DNA from: Styela clava
Lineage: Eukaryota
Assembly: GCF_964204865.1 (NCBI RefSeq)
Contig: NC_135262.1
Coordinates: forward strand, 4,278,001-4,342,000
Reading direction: 5' to 3'
DNA: 64,000 bases
Both the position numbers and the translations under genes were made by a program. The notes under the pieces were generated by a model that saw nothing but the letters and a program-made list of their open reading frames with translations, did no database searches and was not told the DNA's origin. Positions 12,342 to 23,820 of the stretch are shown piece after piece. The first letter of the stretch is position 1. The number at the start of each line of letters is the position of its first letter.

Positions 12342-13827
12342 GTAGATTGATTTTTGTATGAGTATAAGATTATTTCGACTCAATAATCATAACAGGCAAT
12401 GATAATGATATGACTGATAAAAACAAATGAATATAAACTGATTATAAAATCATGATTGTGTTCAAGCTATTCCACCCAAAGAAAGTAAGATAGAGATTTA
12501 TTGCCACAAAAACAAAGTCACCACTATTATAAACATAATACGATAAAGAAAATATTTCAGCAGTAATGACATTGATTGAAAGTCTCCAATGCTTCTGGAT
12601 AAGGTTCACTTTTAGGTTGTTCGCGTTTACACAAGCCTCTGAGAATACCGACGAAATAAATATCTGAATCAAAATTTTTCAAAATATATATGTGTATTAT
12701 ATTATGTAGTCTTGAAGCCTAAACCATGATGTTAGTGTACCTTATTGTTGAATAGTGATAATTCGACACCCAATATTCTTTCGTAGTTGACATGCTGTGG
12801 CAGAAATAGTACATAACTTCCTTGTTGAATAGTTTTAACGAAAAAACATTGCCCTCTGTTTTCTGTCATTATTTAAAAATATAGACCGAGTGGTGAGTGC
12901 TAAATTATGATAACCGAGATGTAATAAAGTGTTTAAATGTCACCAGTTGGAGATAAAAGATAGATTAGTTTGAATAAAGCATTCCTCGCGTGTATGTTTA
13001 TATGCTTTTTGGTGGACGGGCGCGTACTCGTAGGTTTTTTTTTTAAAACTTTGTCCTTTTAAGTTATGCTCGTCCTCCAGGTCCTCTGCATTTTGTTTGT
13101 CCGTTTGTTGTTGTTTTGTTTTATGCATAGTGACCGAAATAAAATCGATACAATCGTCTTCAAGATCATTCTTTGTCTTAAATTGTTTTTAAGCTGGTTG
13201 ATGATCTAAAAATGTATTTAAATTTTCAAATAGATTATTTTCGGCTAATATTAATTTTGAATTTCAAAAGTAAATTTTCTGGGAATTTTGTCACTGGTTG
13301 TGTACTCGGGGATAATAATTTTAACAAAATGGCGACAAAACCCAATTTGACGCTCACGCTCATCCTCCAAACAATGCTCCACAAAGGCAGTTGAGGAATC
13401 TTCTACGTCCAATTTTGAAGCGTGATATCACACTGTAATTCCTAAATTATAATTGTATTAAAACATATAGAATATGGCATATTCATCAGTGTAGAATATC
13501 GTATGTCAAATACATAAAACGTTTTTATATGTTACAAATAGTTTTGTCGCTAAAAGCAAAATATTTACCACCTCATAGATTTCGAAACACCCCCCCCCCC
13601 CCCCCTAAAAGGAAAAGCTGGGGAACACACTGAGTAGACTCCTTTCCTGGCATGACAAATCAACTGCAACTGTTGGCCAATCAAAACTTTCACAGCTGTT
13701 TTCAAGCACTCCATTTACGCATATTGCTGTCTAGTAAACAAAAACAATAAAGTGTAAATTTGAGGTATTTACTTACCGATTGCAGGTATTTTTAGTTATT
13801 GACGTATTTGCTACGTAGCAAACATAG

Positions 13828-14737
13828 ATGGCGACGATCACGTCAATAGCGCGGTACACATCCACCCCAAGAGACATGTGGAGCATTAATGTAGCCATTG
13901 GAAAAACATTTGCACCGGAAGACGTCATCATAAAAGCCGTGAACAATGATCTAGAAATTATTGCGGAGAAATGGTCGCCGAACGGGACTGATTTACTAGC
14001 AAGTTTCAAACACCAGTAAGCAAATTTATATTTCAAGAATAATCCTAATTTGGTCTTCAAGATTTTCAAACAGTGTTTAGGGGCACAGAATTTCGGGCCA
14101 GTTCTCACAAAATTACATCTACCTAAAACCTCATCTTGGCACAATTTCTTCTCCCCACGGAATATGCAACTGATTAGTCAATGGACCCGTGGATTCTTCG
14201 TCAGTGTTTCAATCCACGCTTCGTTCAAGTCAAGTTCATTTTTTCCAACCAGTAAAACAAACAAAATGAACACAGAAAATACGAAAAAAAATGCGGGGAA
14301 CCAAAGCTGGTTATCCAGCAGCGACACCCGACTTGTACGCAGTTCTCACAAAATTCGTTTTCTATAAATAATTACATCTCCTCAAAACCTCATTTTGGCA
14401 ACATTTCATCATCCTACGGAACAAGCTACTTTAACCGCTGAGGCATGAATTTTTCGTCAGTGTTTTGATCCACGCTTCGTTCTTGTACGCATCTTGGTTT
14501 AATATAAGGTCAGGCTGCCCCATCGACTCTCCTTCCGTCGATATATATATACTGAGCTATATCATACATGCTACTCGGAATATTATTTGGAGCTGGTAAC
14601 ACAAAAATACATCCGTTTACATTTTTTATTATTATTTCAGATGTCATTTACCAGACGACGTTGACGCAAAAACCATCACTACCCAATTATTACCCGGAGG
14701 AAAATTGATGCTCAAAGCCCGCAAAGTCTCGAACTAA
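13828..14737 (+). CDS. HSPB7: HSPB7-like small heat-shock protein (alpha-crystallin domain), 94 aa; exons 13828-14015, 14641-14737
   Basis: Spliced product ...FAPEDVIIKAVNNDLEIIAEKWSPNGTDLLASFKHQ|CHLPDDVDAKTITTQLLPGGKLMLKARKVSN* parallels vertebrate HSPB7 as I recall it (FSPEDIIV...NNHIEVRAEKLAADGT...FAHKCQLPEDVDP...L..DG.L.IRAR). Phase-2 GT-AG intron. Confidence 0.75.
14101..14482 (+). repeat. diverged about 125-140-bp direct duplication in the HSPB7-like intron (14101-14227 vs 14342-14482)
   Basis: GTTCTCACAAAATT...ACATCT..C.AAAACCTCAT.TTGGCA...TTCGTCAGTGTTT..ATCCACGCTTCGTTC occurs twice. Confidence 0.75.
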
Positions 14738-14939
14738 ATATTAAAAGTCACTACCGGTTCTTGAATGAACAATTTTTGCAAATCGATAAAACGAACTGAT
14801 AAGACAATTTTGCCCTGAATGCCCAAACATATCGACATTTTCTACTATACATTATAGATTATACCATTGTCATATTTCGCCAATTTCTGACTACAATTTT
14901 AGTTTCAGAGGGTGTAATAACGGCCTTGCAGTTCACGTA

Positions 14940-15223
14940 CCGTGTTTTCTCGACAATAAGACCTAGTCGATAGCCCAATTTTTTTTTGGCCTTAGTCGAT
15001 AGCAACAAATCTTAGATCAATCATTTAAAATGTGTGAGAGAGGAAAAGGTTCAATGACATGAGGCAACGTGAAGATCACGCCACATTCATATTTTATATA
15101 TTTGAAAATCTCGTAATTCGCTACTTTATAATTGCGTTCTTAATACATGAAAATAGAAGCCCTAGTGTTACTTTTCGAAAGAAAATTGAAGTGAGAATCT
15201 GTCTTATTTTCGGGTAAACACGG
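14940..15223. mobile_element. Tc1/mariner (Tc2-like) MITE
   Basis: TA|CCGTGTTTTCTCGACAATAAGAC ... GTCTTATTTTCGGGTAAACACGG|TA; TA TSD; relatives at 23057 and 51798. Confidence 0.75.
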
Positions 15224-15627
15224 TATTATGGCTACAAAAATTGCCACGTGTGGCGAAATTTTTCCATTTCGACCTGTATATGAGACATATTTCTGGGCAA
15301 AGTATGTCATGGGAAAAAAAAGTTTTTTAATTGAATTTCATGTTTTCCAGCCTACCACATTCAGAATGAGATTTTGGTTAAATTAAAATTGGCAATGAAG
15401 AGAAATACATATGTTTGCTTGATGAATTTATAGCCTGTTATTGTTTCATAACTAACCTATAGTGGCTGGTTAAATTGAAAAGTACTCATACACTGAATCC
15501 TCTCATGACTTCGTTTACTATTTCTCAACATAACCATTTGAAAGTTACAATGGTACACCAAAAGGCCAATTTTCGTTTATATTTTATATCAATAGTTTCT
15601 AGATTGTAAACGATTTGTACAATTTTG

Positions 15628-15841
15628 GGTATTCCCGTAGTGTGTGTACCAGGTTAGAGTTAGGCAAAAATTTTATTCCGATTTTCATTATTTTAGTTCT
15701 ATTACGAATTCGGGGATTGTCTGTGTTTACCAAGTGAATATACCCCCTGTCCATAGGTTTCATTCTCTTTAAACAACTTGATGTAAAGTAGGCGAACAAA
15801 ATTAGTTACCTCCATATTGGTACACAAACTTCTGGCGCGCC
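15628..15841. mobile_element. MITE with perfect 8-bp TSD (GG...CC termini)
   Basis: CAATTTTG|GGTATTCC ... GGCGCGCC|CAATTTTG. Confidence 0.8.
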
Positions 15842-15852
15842 CAATTTTGAGT

Positions 15853-16471
15853 ATATATAATAAACAGTTTGCAGTACAAGAATATTCAGTGTTAAATTTA
15901 TGTACTCGTGAGTGACTTTTTTCCTGTGATATCATTCTCTGTTTTTACATTGTCATTTAGAAATAAACTTGAAATGCACTTTGAAATGATAGCGGCTCAT
16001 TTTTTTATTTAGGATAGCCATGGGCACATCTATGTTATTGCTGTACGAATTATCTGGATAAGCTGGTCTTTAATGGTCATTCTCATGTCTTGAATTGTTT
16101 TTGAGCTGAATAATTGAAATAACAGATCATGGTCATTTAAATCGCGGGTTGTATAGCGGTATGGATGATAGCGGTGTACTTGTATTCTAGAATTATATTT
16201 TGTAATATATATTGCGATTTAGAATATTCTAAACACACACATATTATGTTAAGTGTTTAATTTATGATATTATATAATAAACAGTTTGCAGTACAAGAAT
16301 ATTCAGTGTTAAATTTATGTACTCGTGAGTGACCTTTTTCCTGTGATATCATTCTCTGTTTTAACATTGTCATTTAGAAATAAACTTGAAATGCACTTTG
16401 AAATGATAGCGGCTCATTTTTTCATTTAGGATAGCCATGGGCACATCAATGTTATTGCTATACGAATTATC
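15853..16471 (+). repeat. about 200-bp near-identical direct duplication (15853-16054 / 16272-16471)
   Basis: TATATAATAAACAGTTTGCAGTACAAGAATATTCAG...TTATTGCT.TACGAATTATCT appears twice with few substitutions. Confidence 0.9.
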
Positions 16472-17686
16472 TTGATAGCTACCTATCGCATATAAAATAT
16501 ACCGACAAAAGCCATACATTTTACTTGGCTCGGCATTTTACATTTGCTTTTGTTTATTTGTTTTGTGTTATTTTATATAGACCGCAACGGTCTGGGGTAA
16601 TAAACGAATTGAAATTAAAAATGTGGACCGCCGTAACTTACTAGCACCTGCATGCGGGCCATCGTGGCTTTAGTTAGCAGGTCTGTGTCACAATGATGAT
16701 TCATGTGTCTTGTGCCAACATCTGGTCCTGCGTCGCCAGTATCGAAAATCTTCCGAATTTAGCGTAGCAAGATTTCGCAAAATCAAAATGAAAGATTGCA
16801 GTCATTCTTGGCGGATTAAAAACACAAATATAAAATTATAACACTGTACACCGAAATTTAGGATGAAATATCAGATTACAATGGGATTATATTTTGAAAG
16901 TTACTAGATTGATGAGCATCGCCGCTTGTTGTCTTAAGCGCGAGGGTTTTATTTAGGAAGTGAACATCAGTAATAAGTAGTTAAAGACTGGACTATGATA
17001 TAATTTCCATGTAATTCACATGTCCCGTGACAATGATCTACTCTTCTCCATTCAATTGCAACATGAATTGAAATACTAAGTAATCCGTTTCATTCCCTTC
17101 TCCATTATTGGAACAAAATATGAAAACAAGCCCCGCTTTTACCAGACAGCTACGAGTTAGTTCAGTGCCACCGCGCTGTGTTACGGTGGTAGCGGAACCG
17201 CCCTATCTGCAGAAGTTCTTATCTTGTGACAGTGTGAATTGAAATTGCAAGATGGTCCAACTCACAACTGTAGTAACACCAATGATCCGAGTCACTACTG
17301 TAATATACCACCAAGTACGGCACTATTCGCCATTTACCATTCCTCAAATCTTAGCAAAGCAAGGATTCCTTTACGAACAAGAGAGCTGTGCTCAAATATA
17401 TGTATACGTCACAAGGTGTCGCTATTTTTTATTCTGACACATAAAAAACGAGTCTCTTGAAATCTACAGAAATTTTTGAAATAAGTAAAAGTAATAGCCT
17501 TCTGGCAAAAAAATCAATCTTCAACCACTGAAAATTTCAAAGCAATTGATTCAGTATTCGGAGAGAAAAGAGATTTCATCATGACGAAAGAGAAGAATAC
17601 TAACAAGAACAAGAGAGCAATGCTCAAATATATGGACACCCAGAACAATTCCCCAAAAATCATATGCGGTGTCTTACCAATACCTG

Positions 17687-18525
17687 TATAAACAAAGCAC
17701 CACATCACAGAAATCAAACAGACTAAAACACGGTGGTCGCAAATTGGTTGACAACGATATTATCGACGTTTTGGAAATGCGCACCCTCTTATACCCCCTC
17801 CTTTGAATGTAAAAACGCGAAACCTTCAAAGATGGTTAAAAGAAACACAACTCTACCCACCTGCCAAGTTTCATCTTTTTATCTCTTACATTTGTATGAA
17901 TTTTCAAGCTTTTGACAGCTACGAGTTAGGTCAGTGTCACCGTGCTGTGTTACGGTACCAGAACTTTTCTATCTTTAAAAACATTGGGCTTTTAATTGCA
18001 TTTCTGACTGTCATATATTTTAAGAACACGGTTATTTCGAACAAAACTCGTCAAACTATAAACAAAGCACCACATCACAGCAATCAAACAGACTAAAACA
18101 CGGTGGTCGCAAATTGGTTACCAAATATATTATCGACGTATTGGAAATGCGCACCCCCCTATTCCCCCTCCTTTAGATGTAGAAACGCGAAACCTTCAAA
18201 GGTGGTTAAAAGAAACACAACTCTACCCACCTGTCAAGTTTCATCTTTTTATCTCTTATATTTGTATGGATTTTCGAGCTTAGGACAGCTACGAGTTAGT
18301 TCGGTGTCACCGCGCTGTGTTACGGTACCAAAACTTCTATATCTGGGCTTCTAATTGCATTTCTGACCGTCATATATTTTAAGAACACGGTTATTTTGAA
18401 CAAAACTCGTCAAATTATGAACAAAGCACCACATCACAGCAATCAAACAGACAAAAACGCAAATTGGTTGACAAAGATATTATCGACGTTTTGGAAATGC
18501 GCACCCCCCTATTCCCCTTCCTACC
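17687..18525 (+). repeat. about 360-370-bp tandem repeat, about 2.3 units
   Basis: TAT.AACAAAGCACCACATCACAG starts at about 17687, 18057 and 18416; near-identical ORF translations at 17733 and 18103. Confidence 0.9.
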
Positions 18526-18593
18526 TGTAATGCCAGACGCTTCTTCTTTGCAAAACCAACTTATTCGATTTATCACGGTAATTAAACAGCAGA

Positions 18594-18745
18594 TACCACA
18601 GTCTACAAATATATTCACACCAAGCGAAGCATTTCGACCACAGTCTACAAATATATTCACACCAAGCGAAGCAGTACTGTACCTGTACGGTTACCGTACC
18701 TTTAGACCACAGTCTACAAATATATTCACACCAAGAGAAGCAGTG
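18594..18745 (+). repeat. minisatellite (ACCACAGTCTACAAATATATTCACACCAAG) x3, with a fourth unit at about 20885-20913 beyond a transposon insertion
   Basis: Direct reading; PQSTNIFTP recurs in ORFs 18464 and 20616. Confidence 0.9.
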
Positions 18746-18780
18746 GAGTACGGTTTTCCGTACCTTTCTAGAGTCTAGAC

Positions 18781-20878
18781 CAGTGGTTCCCAAACTTTTT
18801 TGACCATCGCCCCCCTGAAGTAGTTTATACAACTTCATCGCCCCCCGGCAATACAAAAAAATGTAAAGTCAGAAACGAATATATTACAGACCAAATAAGA
18901 AGACAAATCATAGTTTATAGTGTTTTTTAATGAGAATAGATGAGCTTGGTGTTCTTCAGCGAGCTTTTTTTTATTATGTTTAAAATTACCCCGTTTAAGT
19001 CGACTTCGTTGTATTGATTGCAATAGTAGCACGGCAGAAAACCCCTTTTTCACCATATAATAGGTCGGAAATGAAAGAATCTAGGGTTCCACCTACTCAA
19101 AAACCGCCGTGTACTCTTGCCTTATAGCATTTCACTTCCTAAATTCACCCCATTTCACATTAAAATAATGAAAACAAAGTTAATTTTCCCAAACTTATAA
19201 TATTGATTTTCGTACATCTCATTCATTCGTACAGCCTGATGACCTTCCCCAAAATACTTCGGTAAAATTCACCCCCGATTCCTCATCCTACCACGGCCTC
19301 CAGTCTGATCATCAGTCCATAATTACCCAGCCATTGTTTTTGGATTCATGGACTCGGATGTGGAAGAAGCCGTGACCGACTATCGGCTACGGCCCAGATT
19401 GTCGGCAAATTTTATGTCGCTCGCAGGACAAAATTCAGGGTTGCTATGCTTTTGCGGGTCGCATATATTTTTCGGAAGTTAAAAAAGGAACAGCGCACAA
19501 AATCTGCGACAATTCGTGAACTCAACTCAGTCGTCTTATTATAAAAATATTACAATGACATTTAATGTGACACTGTCTTTTTGCTGCATCACGCTGGATA
19601 GCTTTACGACGCCAAGATTGAAACATTTTCTAAATGGGCATCACTAATCCCAGTTCGTTGCTTGTTCTTTGTAATGTTCATTTTCGAAAATAATTGTTCG
19701 CACAAATATGTACTTCCAAACATCGAAGTGAATATTTTCGCATGATTTGTGAAATTTCGATAAAGATTTTCTTTAAGAAGATACATTCTTACAAAAATTA
19801 AGCAGTGATGAATCTCTCGAATAGAATATGAATTTTATTTCTTTATGGCTTTGCAATATATTCGAATATTGACTGCGCTATTGAACCCCTGCCATCAGCA
19901 TCAACTTTTCTTCGAGTTTCCATTTGTTTAATTATAATTAAATTGTAGGCTCGTTAAACGAGAAGCCGTTCAATAGAATTTTTAGGATATATATAATAAA
20001 ATTTAGTCCAAAAGTTTCTCACGATAAATTCTGTTACGAAAAAAAATGTTATTTACTCCTCAAGCGTAGATTATAAATAAAAAAAATTTATCGTCAAAAC
20101 CGCCGTTTGGATGTTTCCCCGGGCATAGACTTCCTTGTTTACGTCGTGACATTGGCCAATCAGCAAGATGCAAAAAACGTAACAATGCCCCCTTTCGCAT
20201 CCGCTCAAGCGCTCAGACACGCTCACTCAGACAGATTTTCAGGCGTGGTGGTGAACATTACCTCATTTTCGCGTTTTTGAATTATATTCGTTAGTTTTTA
20301 GTTGTTTTTCGGAAATTTAAATATAAATCAAATAAGTCAATGATTACTTTGTCCTCCTATGAGTTTCAGTTTAAATACAGAAATCAAAAATTAGTGTAGA
20401 AATAGCTGTGATAGACTAGGATAAAATTCTTTATCGGTACTTTCAAAAAACAGATGGTTGAATGGTGTGTATTAGAAAGATAGTTTGAAACAAATACCCC
20501 ATTTTACAGGCAACAACTCGTGAAACCACTCTTTTAAAATAAGCACCGACAATTTTAAAATGGTAAAGTATCGGAAGAATTTTCCGCAGTCAAAGGTCGG
20601 GGAAAGATCCGTTCAGTGAATCGAATTTACTCCGGCCGTATTTTGCCGACCACTGGGATACGCAAACTACCGTACCTTACTGCGAAGACGAGTTCAGAAA
20701 TCCTTTCGCGTGTGATAATCGCCCACATGATTCAAGCCTGCGAATGCACACAGAGTACAGAATTAAGTGCGCCGAACATAAAACAGATTTCGCGAAATCG
20801 CCCCCTTCGAATTTTTCGCCCCCCTCCGTATCGTTTTCGCCCACTGGGGGGCGATATCGCCCACTTTGGGAATCACTG
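18781..20878. mobile_element. hAT non-autonomous element with perfect 8-bp TSD, containing nested insertions
   Basis: GTCTAGAC|CAGTGGTTCCCAAA ... TTTGGGAATCACTG|GTCTAGAC. Confidence 0.9.
19395..20655 (-). mobile_element. internally deleted Charlie/SPIN (GTF2IRD2-like) hAT element
   Basis: TIRs CAGATTGTCGGCAAA / TTTGCCGACCACTG. Minus-strand transposase N-terminus METRRKVDADGR from 19923, and C-terminal dimerisation motif SMFGSTYLCEQLFSKMN..K.KQR..ISDAHLE (19604-19786). Confidence 0.8.
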
Positions 20879-21767
20879 GTCTAGACCACAGTCTACAAAT
20901 ATATTCACACCAACAGTACAGTACGGTCTACCGTACCTTTAGCATCACCGCCATTCACCGGTAACCTCGAAAACTTGCGATTTTTGAGTAGCGACGACTT
21001 TCAGAATCCGCCGTCACCCCAACATTCGATGGCACGTGATCAAAAAAGAAGTGCCTGCATAGTGCATATGCGTTCGCAGAACGTTCAGTGACGTCATAGC
21101 AAACAAAAACAAATCTCACAGAGCTAACAGAAGTATTTGAAATAAATAAAGCAATAGCCTTCTGGAGAAAAATTTCATCTTTAATCATTAAAATTTCAAA
21201 GCAATTGGTCCAGCGATCAAAGAGAATAGCGGTGTTTTAATATTCCCACTAGGTGTCCAAAAAGTGTCAAAGTACAACATAACAACAAAACGATCGTTAT
21301 GTCCACTACGTGTCCAACAACAACATAATATTGAAACGATCGTTATGTACACTGACGTGTCCAAAAACGGTTGAAGTTACGTAAGTTGCATATAAGGAGA
21401 GGGAGTTGTGGTTGCAAACCATGCAAAAAATCTCAATTTTGGTCAAACCACACTGACCATTCGCATGTTGGTCATTGCGTTAGCTTCAGAGCAAAAACAA
21501 GGACAAAATTTGTGTATACACACAGGACACCGCATAGAATATCATAGCATATTGAAATGATTTTGTTGCGACATATCCGATGTTCAAACCAAGCACCATT
21601 GTTGAACCAGATATGTAATAAATTAATGTAGGTTTTCTCTTTGCTATCTAATCAAAACTACAAACATGACGCAACTTAATCTGTGTGTATGGTCAATCTT
21701 ATGTCACTTGATGATATAAGAGTAAAATTCAAGTATCAAACATTCAAAAAATCGCGATATATATAGC

Positions 21768-22263
21768 TAGGGTTAACATATTTTTGTGACTTCAAATCGG
21801 GACGCCTCGAAAGACAACGACCCCTTAGCTGTGATTTTGTAACTTTAAATTTTCCGACTTTAATACATAGGCCTACATTCCCACATTTAAAGCTGTCTTT
21901 ATTGACCATATTGTTATCGAAATTTCATGCGCATATTCTCTGTCCAAATATCGGGTTCAGTTCGAAAAATAGGAAGGAATTGACGTTAACGATACCGGTA
22001 CAAATAATTCGAATTTAGACTAAACAGTATTGGTTTTACATGCGATACGTCTGCCCTCAATAGGAATCAGCGGGGAACGAACGCATTCACCTCCAGTAAG
22101 TAGGCTAGCGCTGCGCTACGCAGCAACAACAGTAACGAGAACATGTTTTTGTATTATGCTGGAAAAGCGGGACTTTTGTCTGACTTATCGGGACGGCGGG
22201 ACAAAACGCTGAAAACTGTCTAGCGGGACTGTCCCGCCTAAAGCGGGACGTATGGTAAGCCTA
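21768..22263. mobile_element. hAT-Blackjack-like MITE
   Basis: TATATAGC|TAGGGTTAACATA ... TATGGTAAGCCTA|TATATAGC; subterminal CGGGAC repeats. Confidence 0.85.
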
Positions 22264-22439
22264 TATATAGCAGATAAATATATTGCATTGCATGGGGTCT
22301 ATTCATTGTTTATGTGTGTATTGATCCAAAGATCTTGCTAGCTTATGTTTTTAGATCAAGTACATCGCTGTGACAAAAGCACGACTCAGATCTATGTCAG
22401 TCGCATTCATAATTTGCAGTTATACTCGACATTGACAAG

Positions 22440-23045
22440 ATGCAGCGTATCATTTTAGACTCATTCTTAGTACTCATGTTGGCAATTTTCTCAAAAGCCT
22501 GCAAACTTCCATCTACTGACGTCGAGATTAATTTTGATACAATTCCGCAAAAATGGTATGCTGTAGCGCATTCTGGCCAGGCTGAGTACAACTCTTGGAA
22601 GTGCATTGTAATCAGTAAGCACAAAACTCTAGACGAATTCGAAGCCGATTTGCGTATCTTTCATACCGATGATCAAAGAGTACCAAACAACTTGACAGCA
22701 GTATTCTCGAGAGTCGCGCCATCAACATTTCAGGTGACAACTTCGAGTGGATTGGAGCTGGAGATACAGAAGCAACTGGATATTGTCCACGCAGAAGCAA
22801 GTGTTATAGTCGAGGAAGATGATTTTAAAAATATGCCAAACGTATATTTAACTGACGATGACCAGGAGTATTTCATCCTTCTCCAGTGTAGTCTCAACGG
22901 CAATAAGAGAGTGATTTTGGAGTCTTCGACACCCGTCCCCAGTGCCGAAATAATTTTGAAAGCACATAACATGCTTGTCCGAATCGGTGATGGCTGGGAG
23001 AGAGTAAAACTCCTGCCAAATAGTTGCAATGATTTGGGTGTTTAG
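22440..23045 (+). CDS. secreted lipocalin-like protein, intronless, 201 aa
   Basis: Signal peptide, then C...NFD...QKWY (SCR1 GxWY variant), YLTDDDQEYFILLQC (SCR2-like), VILESSTP (SCR3 ILSRTP variant) and a C-terminal Cys. Confidence 0.65.
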   Translation: MQRIILDSFLVLMLAIFSKACKLPSTDVEINFDTIPQKWYAVAHSGQAEYNSWKCIVISKHKTLDEFEADLRIFHTDDQRVPNNLTAVFSRVAPSTFQVTTSSGLELEIQKQLDIVHAEASVIVEEDDFKNMPNVYLTDDDQEYFILLQCSLNGNKRVILESSTPVPSAEIILKAHNMLVRIGDGWERVKLLPNSCNDLGV

Positions 23046-23056
23046 GAAAACATATA

Positions 23057-23449
23057 CCGTGTTTCTCCGAAAATAAGACCTAGCCTGAAATTAAAAATGA
23101 TTTTAATATAAACCCTCCCCTTAAAATGAGCTGGTCGATAGCGCATAGGTGAAAAATTTGCCAGAAAATTCAGTTCAATCTAGTGAATTGCAAGACCTTC
23201 CAGAGGATGTTGGTATGTTTATTTTTGAATAGTCTGTTTAACAGCTTTTCAAATAAAAACGTTGTATTTATAAGTAAATGAATATCGGTTTTCATATCTT
23301 GTATATTCGAAAATCTCGTAATTCTTTACTTTGCATTTTATTTTTGATAAATGAATATAAAATACCCTCTTCCAGAAAAAATAAGCCCTAGTGTTGTTAT
23401 TCGGAAGAAAATTGAAATGAGACCCTCTCTTACGTTCGGGGAAACACGG
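23057..23449. mobile_element. Tc2-like MITE
   Basis: TA|CCGTGTTTCTCCGAAAATAAGACC ... TTCGGGGAAACACGG|TA. Confidence 0.8.
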
Positions 23450-23670
23450 TATACATATAGCCCACACGCAATGTATTGTGCTTCAATATAATATATATCG
23501 CCAAATATTACTAAACGCTTATAAAAAGGATTGCTTTAATCAGCTTGAAAATAAAATCATATCAATAAAAAATATTTAGATTTTTTTACGTATTTTCGAG
23601 TGGCCAGCAGACGATGTATATTTTTAAATGACTAACTAGCGATTTAATTAGTTATTGACATAAGTGGTTT

Positions 23671-23820
23671 TGGTACTCCCTTAGTATGCGTACCAGGTTA
23701 GGGTTAGGCCATAATTTTATTCCGATTTTTCATATTTTAGTTCTATTACGAGTTCGGGGACTGTCTGTGTTAGCCAAGTGAATATACCCCCTGGGTTTCA
23801 GTCCCTTGTACACAACTAGA
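23671..23820. mobile_element. truncated copy of GGTACTCC-terminus MITE
   Basis: GGTACTCCC.TAGTATG.GTACCAGGTTAGGGTTAGGCCATAATTTTATTCCG...; no matching right end seen. Confidence 0.65.

Noticed and set aside
13589-13605. Poly-C tract as a functional G-quadruplex
   Set aside because: An isolated homopolymer next to a MITE-like end (GGGAACACACTG); no further support.
18594-18745. CRISPR-like spacing of 30-bp repeats
   Set aside because: Eukaryotic context, irregular and mutually similar spacers, no cas genes: a minisatellite.
17733-18856. Paralogous-looking short ORFs (MVANWL..., PQSTNIFTP repeats)
   Set aside because: They are translations of tandem repeat units with non-ATG starts.
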